In this document: positions 60,028-64,000 of the stretch, one piece after another
Position numbering within the stretch: the stretch's first letter is position 1
Layout of the letters: the number at the start of each line of letters is the position of its first letter
NCBI RefSeq assembly: GCF_009914755.1
Contig: NC_060928.1
DNA from: the human T2T-CHM13v2.0 reference genome, Homo sapiens
Reading direction: 5' to 3' (one strand)
DNA: 64,000 bases
Notes under the pieces: model-generated
Database searches by the model: none
What the model saw: the letters and a program-made list of their open reading frames with translations, nothing else
What the model was told of the DNA's origin: nothing
Program-made: the position numbers and the translations under genes

Positions 60028-62074
60028 TAGGCCAATATTCCTGATGAACATAGATTCCAAAAATCCTCAATAAAATACTAGCAAACCGAATCCTACAACA
60101 CCTCAAAAAGATAATACACCACAATCAAGTGTGTTTTATTCAAGGAATATAAGGATGGTTCAATATATGCAAATCAGTATATGTGATTCACCACATAAAC
60201 AGAATTAAATACAAAATTATATGATAATCTCAATGAATTCAGAGAAAGGACTCAATAAAATCCAGTCTCCCTTCATGAAGAGAATCCTCAAACTAAGCAC
60301 AGAAGGGGCACACCTCAAAATAATAAAGGCAATGATAAACTCACAACCAACATCCTATTGTACAGGGAAAAGTTGAAAGCATTCCCCTGAAGAACTGGAA
60401 CATGACAAGTATGTCAATTTTCACTACTCCTATTCAACATAGTACTGAAAGTCCTAGATAGATCAGATAAGAGAAAGAAATAAAACACACCAGAATTGGA
60501 AAAGAGGATGCAAATTATCTCTGTTTGCTGATGATATAATCTTAGCAAACACGGAGAAATCGAAGATCCCCTCCAAAAGACTCCTAGACTTGATAAATAG
60601 CTTCAACAAAGCTTCAGAATACAAAAACCAACATACAAAATCAGTAATATTTCTATATACCAATAAAGTTCAAGCTGAGAACCAAATCAAGAACTCAATC
60701 CTATTTACAATAGCCGCAAAAAAATAAAATACCTACGAACCCATTTAACTAAGGAGGTAAAAGATATCTACACGGAGATACAAAACGCTGATGAAAGAAA
60801 TCATAGATGGCACACACAAATAGAAAAACATCCCATGTTCATTGACTGGAAGAATCAATATTGTTAAAATGATGACACTACTCAAAGCAAGCTCCAGATT
60901 CAATGCAGTCTCTATCAAATTACCAATGTCAGTTTTTTCACAGAATTAGAAAATACAATTCTAAAGTTCATATAGAACGAAGAAAAAAAAGACTGAGTAG
61001 ACAAATCAATACTATGCAAAAAGAAGAAGGTGGGAAACATTACATTACCCAACTTCAATATATACTACAAGGCTATAGTAACCAAAACACATGGTATTGG
61101 TATAAAAATAGACACATAAATCAATGCAACAGAATAGAAACCCCCAAAATAAAGTCATCTACCTACACCAACTGATCATTGGTAAAGTCAAAAAAAAATA
61201 TAGTGGAAAGGACACACTATTTAATAAATGGTGCTGAGAAAACTGTATAGCCACAAGCAGAAGAATAAAACTGGACTCCTATCTCTCACCATTACAAAAG
61301 TTAAGTCAACATGGATTAAAGACAACTATAAGTTCTAAAACTATAAAACTCCTGAAAGAAAACCTAGGAAAAACTTCTGTGGGCATTGGCATAGGCAAAA
61401 AATGTCTGACTAAGACATCACAAGCAAATGCAAATCAAACCAAAAATAGACAAAAGAAACTTAATTAAACCAAACATCTTCTGCACAGCAACAGAAGTAA
61501 TCAATAGAGTAAAGAGAAAACCTACAGAATGGGAGAAAATATTTGCAAACTATGGATCCATCAGAGAACTAATATCCAGAATCTACAAGGAACTCAAAAA
61601 ACTCAAGATGAAAAAATAACCCCATAGAAATTGTGCAAAAGACATGAACAGACATTTTTCAAAAGAAGATATAGAAGCAGCCAATAAATATGAAAAAGTG
61701 CTCTACATGGCCAATCAAAGAAATGCAAATCAAATCCAAATGAGAAACCATCTTACACCACTCAGAATGGCTATTATTAAAAAGTAAAAAACTACAGATG
61801 TTAGAGAGAAAAGAGAATACTTATACACTGTTGGTGGGAATGTAAAATTAGTACAACTCTATGGAAAGAGTATGGAGATTTCTCAAAGAGATAAAAATAG
61901 AACTACCATTGGATCTAGCAGTTCTACTACTGGATATATATCCAAAGGAAAACAAATTATTATATTTTAAAAAAGACCTCTTCCCTTATATGTTTATAGC
62001 ATCGCAATTGACAACACCAAAGTCATGTAATCAATCTAAGTGTTCATCAACAGATGATCTGATAAAGAAAATGT

Positions 62075-62220
62075 AGTGTGTGTGTGTATATATATATATG
62101 TATGTGTGTATATATACGTATATATACGTATATATATTTGTGTGTGTATATATATATACATGGTGTGTGTGTATGTATATATGTACATATACGTACATAT
62201 ATACATACACACACACATAT
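62075..62220. repeat. Compound TG/TA/CA microsatellite within L1PB
   Basis: Seen directly. Confidence 0.95.
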
Positions 62221-62620
62221 CATGGAATACTACTCATTCATAAAAATGAATGAAATCATGCATTTTGCAGCAACATGGATGGAACTAGAGGCCATTATCC
62301 TGAGTGAAATAATTCAAACAGAAAGCCAAATACCACATGTTCTCACAAATGGGAACTAAACAATGGGTACACATGGACGTGCAAAATGGAATAATTGACC
62401 TGGAAGACTCCAAAAGGTAGGAAGTTGAAGGGAATGAGTGATGAAAAATTACCTGTTGGGTACAATATACACTATTTGAGTGATGGGTACACTAAAATCC
62501 CAGACTTTGCCGCTACACAATATATCCATGTAACAAAACATACTTCTACCCCCTAAATTTATAAAAATATAAATAAATAAAGGTACCTTAGAGATAGCCA
62601 GAGGTAAAATCATAAACAGG

Positions 62621-62918
<298 letters not shown>

Positions 62919-63168
62919 TCATAAACAGGCAAATTGTGATTTCAGCACATAAAACCAACATATTTACATAAATAATTCCTATGAGTCAATAAAAAATAAC
63001 CCAGTAGAAAAATCGTAAAAGAATATGAAGAGACATTACACAGAAGAAACAATAAGAAACTTGTAAGTCATCAATCAGATAACATTCAACATGATTATAC
63101 TTTAGAAATATATATCACACAGCTGCATGCTCAGTGATTTGATTTCATTTTCTCTACTTATCAGTATT

Positions 63169-63549
63169 TGTATTAGTCCGTTCTCACACTGCTATAAAAA
63201 ACTACCTGAGGCTGGGTAATTTATGAAGAAAACAGGTTTAATTGACTCACAGTACCTCAGGCTTAACGGCAAGTGTGACTGGGAGGCCTCAGGAAACTTA
63301 CAGTCATGGCAGAAGGGGAAGGGGAAGTAGGTACCATCTTAATATGGTGGAGCAGGAAAGAGAGAGGGCAAGGGGGGAACTGCCACACACGTTTAAACCA
63401 TCAGATCTCATGAGAACTCACAATGAAGAGATCAGCATGGGGAAACTGCCCCCACGATCCAATCACCTTCCACCAGGTCCCTCCCCCAACACATGGGGAT
63501 TACAATTTGACCTGAGATTTGGGTAGGGACATAAAGACAAGCTATATCT
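63169..63549 (-). mobile_element. THE1D-like MaLR solo LTR
   Basis: tgtattagtccgttctcacactgctata...aaaccatcagatctcatgagaactca. Confidence 0.93.
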
Positions 63550-64000
63550 GCTTACAAAACCAAAACTTTAATTTCTGTAATAGAATTCTTCCCAAATAAG
63601 ACAGAAATATTTTCCACATATGTGTAATCTTGGGGATATATACAATAAGAAAATTTCCCATGTATTACAACTCTTATAAAATTTACTACATACAACTAAA
63701 ATGAATATTTGAGATGGTTAAAGTTAAATGGGTGTCTGGACTTCTTTATTGTTTTGATGCAACAATTTTAACTTTTAGACCTACAGTCCCAATATGACAT
63801 AAAATTTATTTAAAATTTAGAACGAAGGCAAAATAAGATTGGAAGCATGTCCATTAAAAGAAATGTAGGGACAATGGCCATTCAAAAGTTATGTAATGAA
63901 AATATGAAGTTCCTAAGTTTTACTCATTATTAAATGTTCTAAACTTAGTAAAATTATTTGTTAACTTACACACTTTTTTATGATAAAGATATACATGATT

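Larger units (their letters stand above)
59901..62580 (+). mobile_element. L1PB (PB3/PB4-like) 5'-truncated ORF2 plus 3'UTR
   Basis: RT motif ttt gct gat gat (FADD) at 60524. ORFs at 60903, 61428, 61861 and 62078 give ORF2p fragments. 3'UTR gtgatgggtacactaaaatcccagactt and an A-rich tail. Confidence 0.93.

Noticed and set aside
59840-60124. ORFs with HT/CV/YI dipeptide runs (also 8442, 10112 and 62031)
   Set aside because: Translations of microsatellites.

Overview
AT-rich human genomic DNA: an AluYa5 carrying all five diagnostic bases points to human, and I could not identify the locus. I found no credible protein-coding gene, rRNA, tRNA or CRISPR array. The supplied ORFs are repeat-derived or chance. 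Layout: (1) 1-3094, the 5' part of an L1PB-like LINE (minus strand) whose 5'UTR holds a ~112-bp monomer array. (2) 3113-9984, a near-complete, decayed ERV-L provirus (MLT2 LTRs, gag-pro-pol-dUTPase, no env) with a nested THE1 solo LTR. (3) ~10-32 kb, an Alu-free stretch with old MIR/L2/DNA-transposon relics and several enhancer-like unique blocks. (4) 32-64 kb, dense in Alu, L1 and LTR elements. The most unusual structures are a TSD-less L1PA insertion fused to a perfect 114-bp copy of DNA from 1.47 kb away, all 14 Alus on one strand, the higher-order L1 5'UTR array, and a possibly polymorphic AluYa5. I see no evidence of a new multi-gene system. Repeat subfamily names come from remembered consensus sequences and need RepeatMasker/Dfam confirmation. 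Boundaries of old elements are approximate.
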